A stretch of 64,000 nt of DNA. It comes from Raja brachyura. Lineage: Eukaryota. The stretch covers positions 25,048,001-25,112,000 of the forward strand of contig OY740797.1 in NCBI GenBank assembly GCA_963514005.1, given 5' to 3'. Under the pieces are notes generated by a model, which was given only the letters and a program-made list of their open reading frames with translations, was not told where the DNA came from and did no database searches. Positions 12,359 through 26,043 of this stretch are shown in pieces (positions within the stretch are counted from its first letter, which is position 1; every line of letters starts with the position of its first letter). A program made the position numbers and the translations under genes.

Positions 12359-12759
12359 TTTATTTTTTATTGCTTGCTGTTGATCTATTTCAAACAGAAA
12401 TAACTCAATGGAGACCTTTGCAATTGCAATGATAGATGCCATGATTGTCCATCGTGAGTGGAAGTCATATTTCATGAATTCGTTGAAACTAAATGTTATG
12501 TCTATTCATGGAAAATTCCCCCTAAATTATCCGTATATGAACTACGAAGATAACCATCAGCGCCTTGTGATATGTTCCTTGAAATAATGTGTAGGCTGGC
12601 ATATTAATTTACTCTACCAAATTGCACCTCAAACAATTCCGACTGGAAGGGATGTTCAATATGGAGAAGCTTAAACGTTTACATAGATACCTACAATCAA
12701 ATGCGGGAAGCGGCGATTTCCCCATCCAGTAGCCAAGTCGAATCATCATTACCTAAGTT

Positions 12760-13628
12760 CTATGAGCCGAATTAGGCCATTCACTCAATCAGGTCTACTC
12801 CGCCATTCAAACATGGCTGATGTATATTTCCATTCTCCTACCTTCGCCCGATAACACCTGAAACCCTTCAATCTGTCAATCTCCACCTTAAAAATCCCAC
12901 AATCCTTTGTGGCAATGAATGCCACAGATTCGCCATCCTCCGACTAAAGACATTCCTCCTCATCTCGTTTCTAAAGGTTACTCCTTTAATTCGGAGGCTA
13001 TAGCTGCCGATCCTCGCCTCTCCCACTACTGGAAACATCCTCTCCACGTTTAATCTATCCAGGCCTTCACTATTCCGTAAGTTTCAATGAGGTCCCACAC
13101 TCCCCACTCTCCCACTCATCCTTCCAAACTCCAGCTAATACAGACCCAGTGCCTTCACACGCTCATCGTATGTTAACACAATCACTCCTGTGATCATTCC
13201 AGTAAACCTCCTCTAGACTCTCTCCAACGCCAGCACACCTTTCCTCAGATATGGAACCCAAAACCGCTCGCAATACTCCAAATGTGGTCTGACCGATACC
13301 TTATAAAGCCTCAGCATTACATCGATGTGTTTTTTATTCTGTCCCTCTCGATATAAATACCAATGTTGTATTCACCTTCTTTACTGTCGATTCGACTTGC
13401 AAATTAACTTTTTGGGTATCCTGCACCGGCATTCCCAAGTCCCTTTCTGAATTCTCCCCCCATTTAGAAAATAGTCTATGCCTTTATTCCTACTACCAAA
13501 ATACATGTCTCCGCACTTTGCTATGCTGTATTCCACCTGCCACATCTCAGCCCACTCTCTCAACCGAACCAAGTCTTTCTGCAGAGTCCCTGCTTTATCT
13601 ACACTACCTACCCCTCCACCTATCTTCG
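12760..13628 (-). mobile_element. CR1 RT 3' part
   Basis: REWAEMWQVEYSIAKC and RPHLEYC-type motifs. Confidence 0.85.
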
Positions 13629-14099
13629 TAAGTTCCTATGTTTCAACTGTGGCGATGTGGGTCAGAATTACTGTATACCATCTAAATTCCATCATAAAAC
13701 AGAGTTTGGAATGTATGACTTGAAAATTATTGGAGATTTGGTTGATGTGGGGAATGTTTCACAGCATGTGGGGAATGTGTCATTGTTTTCTTTAACCTTT
13801 TCACTGTAGGTCCTTGCTGGTTTAAGAGTGAACCCGGCCAATTCATTCATATGAGTAATATCAGTCCAAGTCATTGGTCTTGTGACATCCATGGTACACG
13901 AGTTACCTATTGTAGTGCTAATACTTGTACTGTTGTATGCCTTGTTTATCTATATATGTAACTAAAACTCATCTTGCTATCTGCAGGTTAGCATTGTTTT
14001 TCTATTTGCGCAAAAACAGTTTTTCCCCACTTTACTCACCACTGTCCTGTGCTGTAAATTCAATAAGTTTTGTTCAGATCGATGGTATATTTAAAAGCG

Positions 14100-15065
14100 T
14101 ATTAAGGTTTAAACCCCGTAATAAACCGCGCATGCGCATTTTGGGGACAGTTCCCGTGCGCATCTTTAATTGCGTTGCAAAGGGCACCCAACGGGTCCTC
14201 AGTCGCGCCTGCGCAGTTTGGGGTCTTTCCACAATTGAGATGGCGGGGCGGTGGCGACGAAGACGACGACAGGCCACGTTGACGATCTGGGGCATGGGCG
14301 TTGAAGCTGGCGGCGGCACCCGGCTCCGGGGATGGGGAGAGGCCACGGACGATCCAGGGCCTAACTGCTGAGGCTTACGGCGGCGGTCGGCTCTGGCCGG
14401 CTCCGGGGGCGAGCTGAGGCGGCACCGAGGATCCGAGGCCAGGGCGCTGAGCCTGGCGGCGGCGGCGCTGCTGCCTCCGGGCACACAAGCAGGGAAATGA
14501 GCGGCACTCTCGAGTTCCTGGTGAGGTGAGGAGGGAGGGTGGGGGGATTGAGGGAGAGGAGGGGGAGTGAGGAGGGAAGTGCGGGAGGTGAGGACGGAAA
14601 GTGGGGGAGGACGGGGATTAGGGAGGGGAGGGGGAGTGGGGGAGGTAGGAAGCGGGGAATAGAGGGAGGGGAGGGCAGTGAAAGAGGTAAGGAGGAACAG
14701 TAGGGGGAATAGGGGAGGTGAGGAGTGGGGGAGATGGGGGGTTGACGTATAGGGGAGGGGTAGGGAGAAGTTGGGAGGGGAGATGAGTTATGGAGCGGGG
14801 AGGGAGTGACGGAGGGTGGGGGAAAGGAGAGGGAGGGAGAGGTGAGGGAGGGTTTGGGGAGGGGAGGAGGAGAGGGGGAAGGAGAGGGAGGGTGAAGAGG
14901 AGGGGAGGTGCTGGGGACGAGGGGAACTGAGCCGCGCCTGGGCAGTTGAGGGCTATGGGTGAGTGGTAGAATATTGCGTTCGGGGAACGGGTTGCGTTGG
15001 GGGAACGGGTGAGTGGTCGATTACTGCGTTGGGGAAGCAGACCCAACAGGTCTGCACTTGGTATT
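14100..15065 (+). other. CpG-rich segment + G/A-rich tract + terminal hairpin (possible non-autonomous Helitron-like element)
   Basis: GCGCATGCGC 14128-14137; CpG-dense 14200-14520; purine tract 14520-14920; short tgcgttgggggaacgggt repeats; stem-loop GCAGACC-caaca-GGTCTGC at 15037-15055. Confidence 0.4.
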
Positions 15066-16697
15066 TTACTAATTAAATGTGGATGTGAAGAACAATGGGG
15101 ACTCGGCGTTGGGGGACAGCTGTGAGTGATGGCAGGACAACAAATGGGGACCCGGTGTGGGGAGAGAGGACACTCTAGTTTGGAATCTTCTGGCCGTAGG
15201 ATGAATCTGTGTTTGTTTGTTTGTTTGTTTGTTCATTTGTTCCAGTGAATGCGCTGTGCACACGGCAGCCAGCCAACAGTCTCTTTTCTTTTTCTTTTTT
15301 TCTCACTTTTAAATTCAAACTTTGAGCGCCTTGTGTGATGTGACTGTCGGTAGACTAATTTCCCTCCGGGGATGAATAGTTTTATCGTATCGTGTTGTAT
15401 CGTATCGAATCTAACAGGTGAGCCCTGAATTACATTATCGTACATACTGAGAGATCGTGGCTAAACTGTCACTGTGTCCCAGGGGTATTTACCTAACTAG
15501 TGATCCAAGGCATCAAACGGTGGAATGTAAGGAAAGTGACAGGATATGACATATTGAGAAGTGATTTATTGGGTGGAAATGGTTAAAGGGATAGCATGCA
15601 AAATAAAGAGCAACTAAAGAACGGCTATGGAGCTACTGCGGATTTCAGATAAATGATACAGTAGTAACCTTGATTGAACATTCTGTAACAACCTTGTATA
15701 ATTACCACAGTTAGCAGACAGGTGTATGTTGATGTATTTTACTGTCAATTGTTAACCGTGTAATGTTGCTGATATGGAAAAAGAATAACAGAGCCTTGGG
15801 GGGCGCTCATTAGTTGGGACTTCGCCCAGGGACTGTGTCGCTACCAGTGCCAAGGGAAAACTGCCAGCCTTGCTTGTGGGCGGATCCGCCTGCCACTGAC
15901 TGGGTGTCCACTTCGCGTTGTTGAAGAACCAGGATGATGAAAATGAAGTACCACCAGCATTAAGAATCAGTGAACCGAACTGCGTGTTTATGTTTTGGCG
16001 AAACTATTGCATGAAACAATAATTTAGTATGACCCGGTGTAAGGAATTTGACGCAGACACGATTAGAAAGCAACAATACAGCTTTCTATAGAACTGCAAT
16101 AATTGTTCCTCGAAGTCGTGCCCATTGCATGTCCTGTGGTGACAAGGCATCCAGGCCAGTTTATGTAGGAGGCAGGAGAAAAAGAGGATTCAACGATACA
16201 ACACGTAAAAGGTAGCTATATTCATACATTCTTATATGTATAAATATATCCTATTATTATGTGGGAAGGAATAATCTTTCCATTTGTTGGGTTCGTACAC
16301 ATGTGCCCATCCTCTCTAAAGGATGTAACCTCCCGAAGTCTATCGCTATCAAGGTGTCTGAGGGGTGGAAGATTGCAACCTTCACGTGGTCCGCCCTGTT
16401 TCGACTAATGCAATCAACTGGACGCGCACAAACGGAAGATCAAATAGAACAAGTTGTCCAACAACCTTAGGCTGTGCACGCCACACGACAGAAGAAGAAG
16501 AAGAAGAAGGTGACTGAAATAGCCGAGTGGAATATTTCCCGGAATAATACAACCATCTGGTCTGTTTGTATGAATCTCAAAAGGAACGACGGTCCTCATT
16601 GGAGATAATGATATATCTGCGCAACCAAGCCGGAGTTCCAGAAATGGAAATCAGCAGCTTACGCCCTAAATAGATACTCATAGGGGTACCAACCCAA

Positions 16698-17441
16698 ATA
16701 GACAATAGACAATAGACAATAGGTGCAGGAATAGGCCATTCGGCCCTTCGAGCCAGCACCTCCATTCAATGTGATCATGGCTGATCATCCCCAACCAGTA
16801 CCCCGTTCCTGCCTTCTCCCCATATCCCCTGACTGCGCTATTTTTAAGAGCCCTATCTAGCTCTCTCTTGAAAGCATCCAGAGATCCTGCCGCCACCGCC
16901 CTCTGAGGCAGAGAATTCCACAGACTCACCGCTCTCTGTGAGAAAAAGTGTTTCCTCGTCTCCGTTCTAAATGGCTTACTCCTTATTCTTCAACTGTGGC
17001 CCCTGGTTCTGGACTCCCCCAACATAGGGAATATGATTCCTGCCTCTAGTGTGTCCAAACCCTAAACAATCTTATACGTTTCAATAAGATCCTCTCTCAT
17101 CCTTCTGAACTCCAGAGCGTACAAGCCCAGCTGCTCCATTCTCTCGGCATATGACAGTCCCGCCATCCCGGGGCCTAACCTTGTAAACCTACGCTGCACT
17201 CCCTTAATAGCAAGAATGTCCTCCCCCAAATTAGGGAACCAAAAGTGCACACAACACACAGGTGCGGTCTCATTAGGGTTCTGTACAACTGCAGAAGGAC
17301 CTCTTTGCTCCTGTATTCGATTCATCTTGTTATAAAGGCCAACATACCATTCGCTTTCTTCACTACCTGCTGTACCTGCATGCTTACTTTCAAGGACCCC
17401 TCAGATCCCGTTGTACTTCCCCTTTTCCCAACTTGACGCCA
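16698..17441 (-). mobile_element. CR1 RT 3' part with tail
   Basis: GVQRRFTRL, LGLYALEFRRMR, LWNSLPQRAV; (atagaca)n tail. Confidence 0.92.
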
Positions 17442-17464
17442 TCTACTATCGTACCCGACATTCC

Positions 17465-17600
17465 TCTTTCTGAAGAAGGGTCTCGACCGAAACGTCACCT
17501 ATTACTTTTCACCAGAGATGCTGGCTGATCCGCTGAGTTACTCCAAATATTCGTGTCTGTCTTCGGTTTTAACCAGCTTCTGCAGTTCCCCGCACAACTT
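17465..17600 (+). mobile_element. Penelope-type terminal repeat fragment with hammerhead-like core
   Basis: ctgaagaagggtctcgaccgaaacgtc at 17470-17496, then the family 3' sequence gctgagttactcc..ggttttaaccagc. Confidence 0.65.
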
Positions 17601-20373
17601 CCACTTTCTTGACTCTCACTCGGGTGAAGGAAGGCCTGACTAAGCAATTGTGGGGCACAATTGTCAGGCAACAGAGGGAAAGCGTAAAAGTGGCGAGCAT
17701 TTTGGCCCATCATTATTTCAAAATGCCTTATGGTCCATGCGATGCTACACGAAGGGAATACAGTCACGTTATGGCCTGTAACTATTCAACTGGAGACTTT
17801 TTTCAAGACACCGGATTCACCACTCGGTCGAATTCTTTACCACCTACAATGGTGCATTCTGTGTCTGCGGCCATAGGGCCAATGTCGGGTTGCCCCAGGA
17901 TTGGGCAAGCTTGCCTATCTAGCCTACGTGATGCCTTTTGTCTGCGACACTAACTCGTTACCCCTAACACACTTTCAGTGGAACACTGACCAGACGGACC
18001 ATCACGGAATCTGAAATGTTCCTTGTTACTGCAATATCTTGGTTCCGGGTGAGAAAGACCATCGAACGTGGCGACAGAGACATTAACCTCGCCTCTGCAT
18101 TAGAAAAGATTATCAATTACATTGCCAAAGCCTTCAAGAAATAAATGCGGAGATGATGGTCATCCTGATGATTGGCCTGCAGAACTGAATGGCTTTGTAT
18201 TTCTTCCAAGCAGAAATAGGAGGAACAAGTGGCGTCATAGGATCTGAAAGTTTTTAATTTAACCATGATGCAAAAGATAACATTAGCAACTTGGCTGGCC
18301 ATATCCGCAAAGACGCTGCCAAGATACAGGGCAGTAGTAAGAGGAGCACATGGTCAAGTTGGGGATGTGCAACAGGAGGGCTGGGATTAATATGGGCCTC
18401 CTTGGTGCATAGGTAATATGTCTTCGTTCCCATAGTACTGTTAATTGCTTTTGCGCTTCATAAATGTTGCTGATGATGATGGAACAAAGTATCTCCTTTT
18501 CCCCCAAAGCTCAGATCCTCGATCACCAATAGGGTTTCCGGACACATATACCCTCCAAACAGTGCCTTGTGATCACAAGTGTATTGGATAGCTGCAATAT
18601 AATTGTAAAGGATGTGCACGTGCCTCGTAAACATCGGAGAAAAGTAACAAAGTAACAAAAGTAACAAATAAAGCTTGTACTTAAATTATAAGAGAGGGAT
18701 TTTGAAAAAAGTGAATCAGAAAGGGGAAAGGGAGTAGAGGGCCGAACGGTAATGAGCCATTTTACATAGCTGCCTTGGGGGGTACTTGGAAGAACCCCAG
18801 AGCACACGATGTGTCAAACTGAAGTGCATGATTCACAGCCTTTATCGAAACATTCTGATAACGGAGGAATGTTGGGTTAATTAGTCTAAACGGACAACGC
18901 AGTAAAAAAACACTGTAGAAGATCATGTGATCTTTGTTCTGGGAACGGTCTAGTTTGACTGTTCGCAACGGCGTTTTATAAGGCTCTATGATGAAGTATA
19001 GCGTTGACTGCCTTACCCGATTCTTGCGGGTGCATTTTAAAGTGGTTTTCCACACTACATATCATTAAACACGGGTCAAAATGATTATTTCTTTGTTTGA
19101 GAATTGTTTAATTAAAATAAGTGTACGCACAAATTCTAATAACAACAAATCCTTGTGCAATTGTGCCCCACGATAATATGGCGAGCATTTTCCTTGGCAC
19201 TAAATATAAACCAACAAGTAGATTCGGAGGACTTTTTAATGGGACAATATATTCGAAAATTATTTGAATTTATATTTCTGTTTAGGAATAACATTATTAA
19301 ACAATTGAATTAGTAACAACAGAATAAAATATTGTTTTTGTTGACTCGATGGAGCATTCCAATCTCTATGGAGTCCACTGATCGTCGAAGTCCCTGCGCC
19401 CTCTACAGGGGCACCTATGCAAGAACATAACGGAAGTAGGCGAGCAGGCAATGGGATGGGCAGATATGGGCAGGTAGAACTGTAGCACTTCCACGACCTG
19501 CTTTCCAAAACAATAAATGTCTAACAATGTACTGGACATTCAACGTGGAATATGATATCCAATAATAAAACCTTGCATTGTAATTTCATAATTTAATAGA
19601 TGTTATTGATGAACCTAACGCATGTGGATGAATGGTTATCGTCCTTCATTTGATTGTAAAGAAAACATGGAAATAAATATTTAGTGCAGGAACATATTGT
19701 ATCCATTTTCTGGTATTGTTACTAACATCCATTAGATAATGTCACAACTTACTGTTTCACCGTCCTATTTTCATTATATCCTTAAGTGGCCAAAATGCGC
19801 CTGACATCCTTGCGATATTTACGTACAGATACTCGTTACGATAGATGATAAAACATCCAAATCATATTAAGAGAGTAGGATATATTCGGCGTGGATACCG
19901 TTACGTGGATTCATGTTTCACCCAAATCTACTGAATACATAGAGGCACAGAGTTTAACTGAAACCGGACATTAGCCCAACTGGTCTATGCCAACCGACCT
20001 AGTCCCAGGTGGCTGCTCCTAGACCCCATACCTCCACGTGATTCTTGTCCATGTATCTGTCCAACGGTCTTTTAAATGTCGTAACGAGTTTTTTTGTTGA
20101 TGAATCTGGTTCAACGTATTGTGGCAGACACAACCAGCGAAACGCTATTGCTAACATCTTACCACCATAAACACGATGAATGGTTTACTCATGGTGGCAG
20201 GCAATTACTACTAGCGTGCCGTTGGTATCAGTGCCGGGGCCTTATTATTTCATAATATATATAAATCTTTCTCAATCAGTTTCCCCGGCCTGCGTACACG
20301 CGCACAGAAACGCACATACAGACACACACACATCCGCCACATACTTGGTTCAGTCTGACACTGATGGAATGTG

Positions 20374-20662
20374 GGGCGGCACAGCGGCACAGTATGTTGA
20401 GCCGTTGACTCGCAGCGCCAAATACCTGGGTTCGATCCTGACTTCAGGTGGTGTCTATGTGGAGTGTGCACGCTCTCCTGGTGACTGCATGTGTTTTCTC
20501 CGGTACGCAGGATTGCAGGTTATTTGGCCACTGCAAATTGTTCCTGGTGGGGTGACATTGGACGAGAAAGTTGGATAAACATAGAAAGAGTATGAACGGA
20601 TGATCAATGCACAGCGTGGACTCAGTGAACCATAAACCTGTTTCCATGCTGTATCTCTAAAC
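20374..20662 (+). mobile_element. HE1-type SINE
   Basis: ggcggcacagcggc A-box, gggttcgatcc B-box, 3' ctgtatctctaaa. Confidence 0.8.
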
Positions 20663-21499
20663 ATTTAGAAATTATACTTCATGATGAAAATCGGGTTAGG
20701 TTAAAATTTCTCCCTTCTGTTCTACGTGAAAATCTATCGAATGCTTCATGGTTATGGGCAGATAAGCAGGCGTTATCGTTTTGATGATAGTCCCATGTAA
20801 GCCAAGGTAAACTAAGTTTCACACAAGACGATAATAATCATATGATACGGAATTAGTCTAATCTTGAGATGATATTAGAAATAAGTTATTGTATTATCTG
20901 TTTAGTTTAACTTCGCATCATGTTCGGGGCAGATATACTTGGTCAAAAGGCCCGTTCATATGCTATACTGTCCTTTGTACTTCTCAAATGCCTTGCTAAA
21001 GTCCATTTAGACGACGTCTATGGCCCTGGCACCAGCAATCTTCTTTGGTGCTTCTTCAAATTCGTCTCCCATGCACAAAGCTTACTATCTCCACTGAACG
21101 GATACCATTCCAAATACAGGTGTATCTCATCCCTCCACTTCACTCTGATTCATTTGTTCACTGTTCTCCATTCTGATTCGACGAAACAAACGCGAATCCA
21201 CCTTGGTATTTTACCAAATATACCTGTGTGTGCTTATGGGTGTCCTGTCCTCTCTTTGTTAATTTGAGCAGTCAAGTGCGGGATAAACAAAAAATATATT
21301 GCTGATAGACACAAAATGTGGAGGGTTAACTCATCGGTTCAGGCAGCATCTCTGGACAAAAGGAATATCCTTCACAAGATATTGCGCACTTTGTCACAGG
21401 AACATATGTATACAGAAGGCCGTCACACATGCCCCATCGTTGAAACTCACTGTGGCGCAACTCCTCTTCTGTGTCAGATTCCAATATCCCTCCCATCTG

Positions 21500-23770
21500 T
21501 GAGTCAGTGAAGACTATAATATCAAGTCGTCCACAGTGTCCAGATAGAGGATAAGGCTATACCGTTAAGGATACGATAAAGTCCAGTGAATAAAGTCTCC
21601 TATGAGGTGGATGGGAATTCAGGACCGCTCGCTAGTTCATGACAGAATACTTCAGTTGTCTAATAACAACTGGGAATAAATTGTCCCTGAATCTACAGAA
21701 ATTGATTTTCATACTTCTGTACATTTTGCCTGATGGAATTGGGCAATATTGTATTGAATAGGCTAATGGGACGGAAGGATGATAAATCCCCTGGGCCTGA
21801 TGGTCTGCATCCCAGGGTCCTCAGGGATGTGGTTCTAGGAATAGTGGACGCATTCGTGATCATTTTCCAATGTTCAATAGATTCAGGATCAGTTCCTGTG
21901 GATTGGAGGATAGCTAATGTTATCCCACTTTTCAAAAAAGGAGCAAGAGAGGAAACGGGGAATTACAGACCAGTTAACCTGACTTCGGTGGTGGGAGAGA
22001 TGCTGGAGTCAATTATTAAAGAGGTAATAATGGGGCATTTGGATAGCAGTAAAAGGATTAGTCCAAGTCAACATGGATTTATGAAAGGAAAATCATGCTT
22101 GACTAATCTTTTTTGGGGATGTGACAAGTAAAATGGATGAAGGGGTGCCAGTGGATGTAGTGTATCTACACTTTCAGAAAGCCTTTGATAAGGTCCCTCA
22201 CGGGAGACTGCTGACTAAAATTAGAGCACATGGTATTGGGGGTAGGGTGTTGACATGGATATAAAATTGGTTGGCAGGCCGGAAGCAAAGAGTAGGAGTG
22301 AACGGGTCCTTTTCAGAATGCCAGGCAGTGTCGAGTGGAGTGCTGCAAGGCTCGGTGTTGGGGCCGCTACTGTTTACCGTATATATTAATGATTTGGAAG
22401 AGGGAATTAGGAGCAACACTAGCAAGTTTGCGGATGACACAAAGCTGGGTGGCAGTGTGAACTGTGAAGATGATGTTAGGAGGTTGCAGGGTGACCTGGA
22501 CAGGTTAAGTGAATGGGGAGATGCGTGGCAGATGCAGTATAATATTGATAAATGTAAGGTTATCCACTTTGGCGGAAAAAACAAGAGGGCAGATTATTAT
22601 CTGAAAGTTGACTTACAGGTACAGCAGGCAGTGAAGGAAGCTAATGGAATGTTGGCCTTCATAACAAGAGGATTTCAGTATAGGAGTAAAGAGGTTCTTC
22701 TGCAGTTGTATAGGGCTCTGGTGACACCACATCTGGAGTATTGTGTACAGTTTTGGTCTCCTAATTTGAGGAAGGACATCCTTATGTTTGAGGCAGTGCA
22801 GCGTAGGTTCATGAGATTGATCCCTGGGAAGGCGGGAATGTCATATGAGGAAAGATTGAAAAGACTAGGCTTGTATTCAATGGAGTTTAGAAGGATGAGG
22901 GGGGATCTTATAGAATATATAAAATTATAAAAGGACTCGACAATCTAGATGCAGGAAAAAATGTTCACAATGTTGGGCGAGTCCAGAACCAGGGGCCACA
23001 TTTTTAGAATAAAGGGGAGGTTATTTAAGACTAAGGTAAGAAAACACGTTTTCGCCCAGAGAGTTGTGAATTTATGGAATTCCCTGCCGCAGAGGGCAGT
23101 GGAGGCCAAATCACTGGATGGATTTGAGAGAGAGTTGGATAGAGCTCTAGGGGCTAGTGGTGTCAAGGGACATGGGGAGAAGGCAGGCACGGGTTACTGA
23201 TAGGGGACTATCAGCCATGATCACAATGAATGGCGGTGCTGGCACGAAGGGCCGAATAGCCTCCCCTGCACATATTTTATATGATTCTATGTTCTATGGA
23301 AGAGGGGGCGAAGTGGATTATGCTGGTGGCATTGCCGAGGTAGAATGAGAAGTGCAGATGGAGCCAATGGAAGAGAGGTTAGTCTACGTTGTAGCCTGGG
23401 GTACGTCCGCAACTCTCTGTAATTTCTAGCGGTCTTGGGTGTAGCTGTTCCCAAACCATGCCTTGATGCGTCACGATAAAATGTTTTCAATGGCACATCT
23501 TTTGAGGTAGGGCTGTTGGGGACATGCGTAACTGCCCAAGCCTTCTAAGAAAGTAGAGGAATTGGTGTGCTTTCTTTCCAATTGTATCGACGTGGCTGGT
23601 CCAGGACAATTTGTTGGTGATATGTATTCCTAAAAACCTGGAGCTTTCAGCCATCTTTCCTTTAGCAGCAACAATGTATACCAAGGTATGTGCACCGCTT
23701 CGCTTGCCGAAGTCGATCATAACTTATTTGTCTTGCTTTCATTAAGGGAACGGTTATGCCATGATATAAG
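21500..23770 (-). mobile_element. Rex1/Babar-type LINE 3' part, split by a CR1 insertion
   Basis: MIDFGK...FLGIHITNKLSWTSHVD...KKAHQFLYFLRRL (23487-23720). The element continues on the far side of the CR1 at 21500-21738. Confidence 0.65.
21739..23296 (+). mobile_element. CR1 LINE RT (5'-truncated, internal deletion)
   Basis: KSPGPDGLHP, NYRPV, QHGF, QGSVLGP, FADDTKL, PHLEYC. Tail tatgattctatgttct; possible atggaa TSD. Confidence 0.95.
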
Positions 23771-25409
23771 AAAACGTATCTGTCCAGTGTTCCTTAGTCC
23801 TTGTAATATACGGATTTCCAAGGATTACTGGGATTCAGACATTGATTGGCAACTAGCACACAAGGATGTGACAATACTATAGTATAAGCCCTCTAATTCA
23901 GGTCAGTAATTTCAACTACTTTAGACAATTACTAATCCAGGTCATTACTTTCAACTGTGGCACCCGCCTTGCATATACAGTAGCTTGTAGCACCGTGTAC
24001 GTATAGGGTATTAGGAACCCGTATTTCTTGTCAGTGTATTTCGCAAACGATTATCTTGCCAATATCATATTCCAAATAGTAACAACTATGCTGTTTACTT
24101 CGCTGTTTTCCAAATCCTCCCGTATTTGGAGCAATTGGATTGCTTATGTGGACTGATAACCTGATAGTAATTAATCGCTGAACTCCTTTATTAGCAATCA
24201 AGCAGTTTTGCCAAACAGGTGTAGGTACAACCCCTGTGAATTCTTCATCGACATTTACATAGTTTAACCGGTATGCACGCACTCTCCCCTCCGCTTGCAT
24301 CCACTCCCCGACACTAAACTACACTAACCGTGCCTGCATCACTACCGGGACAATCAAGTTATGAAGTATTGGGTCTTGCTTGATTTCCTCCATGTTTAGC
24401 AATATTTGGCACGTATTTCGGCATTTCCAGCGAGTAGTTTCATCGGTATAGGTGTTACGGCGGTGAACGCTATTTCTGCTTGGAAAACCTGCAATAGTCG
24501 GTCCAAAGCCCACCATCTGGGCAACAAATCTCATACTATCTGTTTCACCGTGCCCGCCCACCGCCATCCTCGACGGTTATGGGTTTATACAAAACCGTTT
24601 GACCAAACCGATGTAACTCTGAGAGCTTTTCCGTGGTGGCGAAAGCAGAAACGCCGAGAACAAAACAAATGCCTCAGGAACAGCGGTGAAGAAATTTATG
24701 GTTGTTTCCAGTTCAACTCGAAGCAGTTACCCCAGCAATCTCTGTTGAAGAGCGAATACCTCCCTCTGTTAAGAACTTTAAGAATGTTTTATCTATTTCT
24801 TTGCTAAACTATAGACCAATGGATCTCCCCCTTCTCATCTGAAGTGATTTCTCAGATATTTCTGCTGAAATGACGCAAACATCCGCTATCATTGCACAAC
24901 AGTGTACCGATGTTTTTGCAGAGACTAACTGAGCAAAATGAGGAATTTTCTCTTCATCCTGTGCGAAATATCTAACTGAATTCAGTATGGAGAGCAGGGG
25001 AATTTCAAAAATCTGGATTAGTGCTTAAATGTCCTCATCATATCTTGTGTTATCTTAAGGACTCGCCGATTACTGGGGTGGAAGCGATAAGGTATGAAAA
25101 GGGCGGTGCAGTAAGGGGAGGGGAGCGGTGGTTCGTGGTCAGGGATGGTAGGGATCCGGAATTATGACGTTGATATGGCGGTATGGGACTGCGAGGGTTG
25201 GGGTTTGTAAAATGAGTGGTTTGATTGGGGAGGCGGGGAGTCAATTTAGCCCAACTAGATGCAAAACGCAGGTTTTTAGAGCTCATCTACGTTATATTTG
25301 TTTGGTGGATTGCTTTCTCTTCATTCAGTGAAATAATCCACAGCCGATTATGCCGCTGTTGACAGCAATGCAAGTAAAAGTAAGTCTCGCCACATCGACA
25401 AGAGCCGCG

Positions 25410-25440
25410 CTGCAGTCACAGAAGAAGTGACGTGCTTCAT
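25410..25440 (+). promoter_or_regulatory. Candidate gene 2 promoter element (CRE-like)
   Basis: GAAGAAGTGACGTG about 75-85 bp upstream of the ATG; motif match only. Confidence 0.25.
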
Positions 25441-25505
25441 CGTCTGACAATTCAACCTTCAGACACGTTTACTGCTCCACACGCCCTGCGATCACTTGCT
25501 GCAGA

Positions 25506-25560
25506 ATGTTGTCCAGCATTGTACTTCGCTGTTTCTCTTTTTGGGGGATAATTTTCACAG
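25506..25560 (+). CDS. Gene 2 leader (signal peptide) exon
   Basis: ATG at 25506, MLSSIVLRCFSFWGIIFT then G|gtacat (phase 1). A 162-bp intron separates it from the V exon. Confidence 0.8.
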
Positions 25561-25722
25561 GTACATGGCATCCCCATCAACCTTTTATACAGACTAAAAG
25601 CTACATCTATTCAAGGGTTCTTTAATGCATGTCTTTATTTCCATTTGCAATTAGCCCTGCTCCTGCGTTTAAACTTCTGGGGTGAAATAATCCTAATCGG
25701 GCCTGTTTTTGCTTTCCTTTAG

Positions 25723-26043
25723 GGTATGGGAAAACTGCAGACAAAATAGCTCAATTTCCTAAAGCAGTGAATGTCTCGATGGGCCAAAATGCTTCGTTTC
25801 ACTGCTCTCTTCCCTTCTCTCGTGACGGGCCCAGCGTAAGCGTACATTGGTGGAAGCAGGATGAAAATGTTTTTTTCAGCTCAGACCCTGACGGGAGAAC
25901 GGTTTCCGGCGTCGCTACTAAATTCAGTGGCTCCCTGAAAATAGTCAATGTGAGCCGACAGGATGCCGGAGTGTATTATTGTACCATCACCCGCCGGGGC
26001 ACTTTAGTTGGCAACGGGACCGGGTCGACTTTAGTTGTGTTGG
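25723..26043 (+). CDS. Gene 2 V-set domain exon with fused J-like segment
   Basis: cctttag| ... G|gtaagt. ...[20 protein letters not shown]...VHWWKQ...[36 protein letters not shown]: B-strand C, C-strand W, DxGxYYC and GxGSxLxV. Confidence 0.92.

Noticed and set aside
13925-14484. 148-aa and 136-aa ORFs over the CpG-rich block
   Set aside because: No recognisable domain; expected by chance in GC-rich sequence.
17600-19060. Several 60-115-aa ORFs, possibly an old DNA-transposon remnant
   Set aside because: No motif I can identify and no splice-consistent structure.
20374-20450. tRNA gene (A and B boxes)
   Set aside because: The boxes are the head of a SINE repeated at least six times in the window; no cloverleaf.
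24300-24830. 133-aa ORF upstream of gene 2
   Set aside because: Non-ATG start, no domain and no supporting splice pattern.
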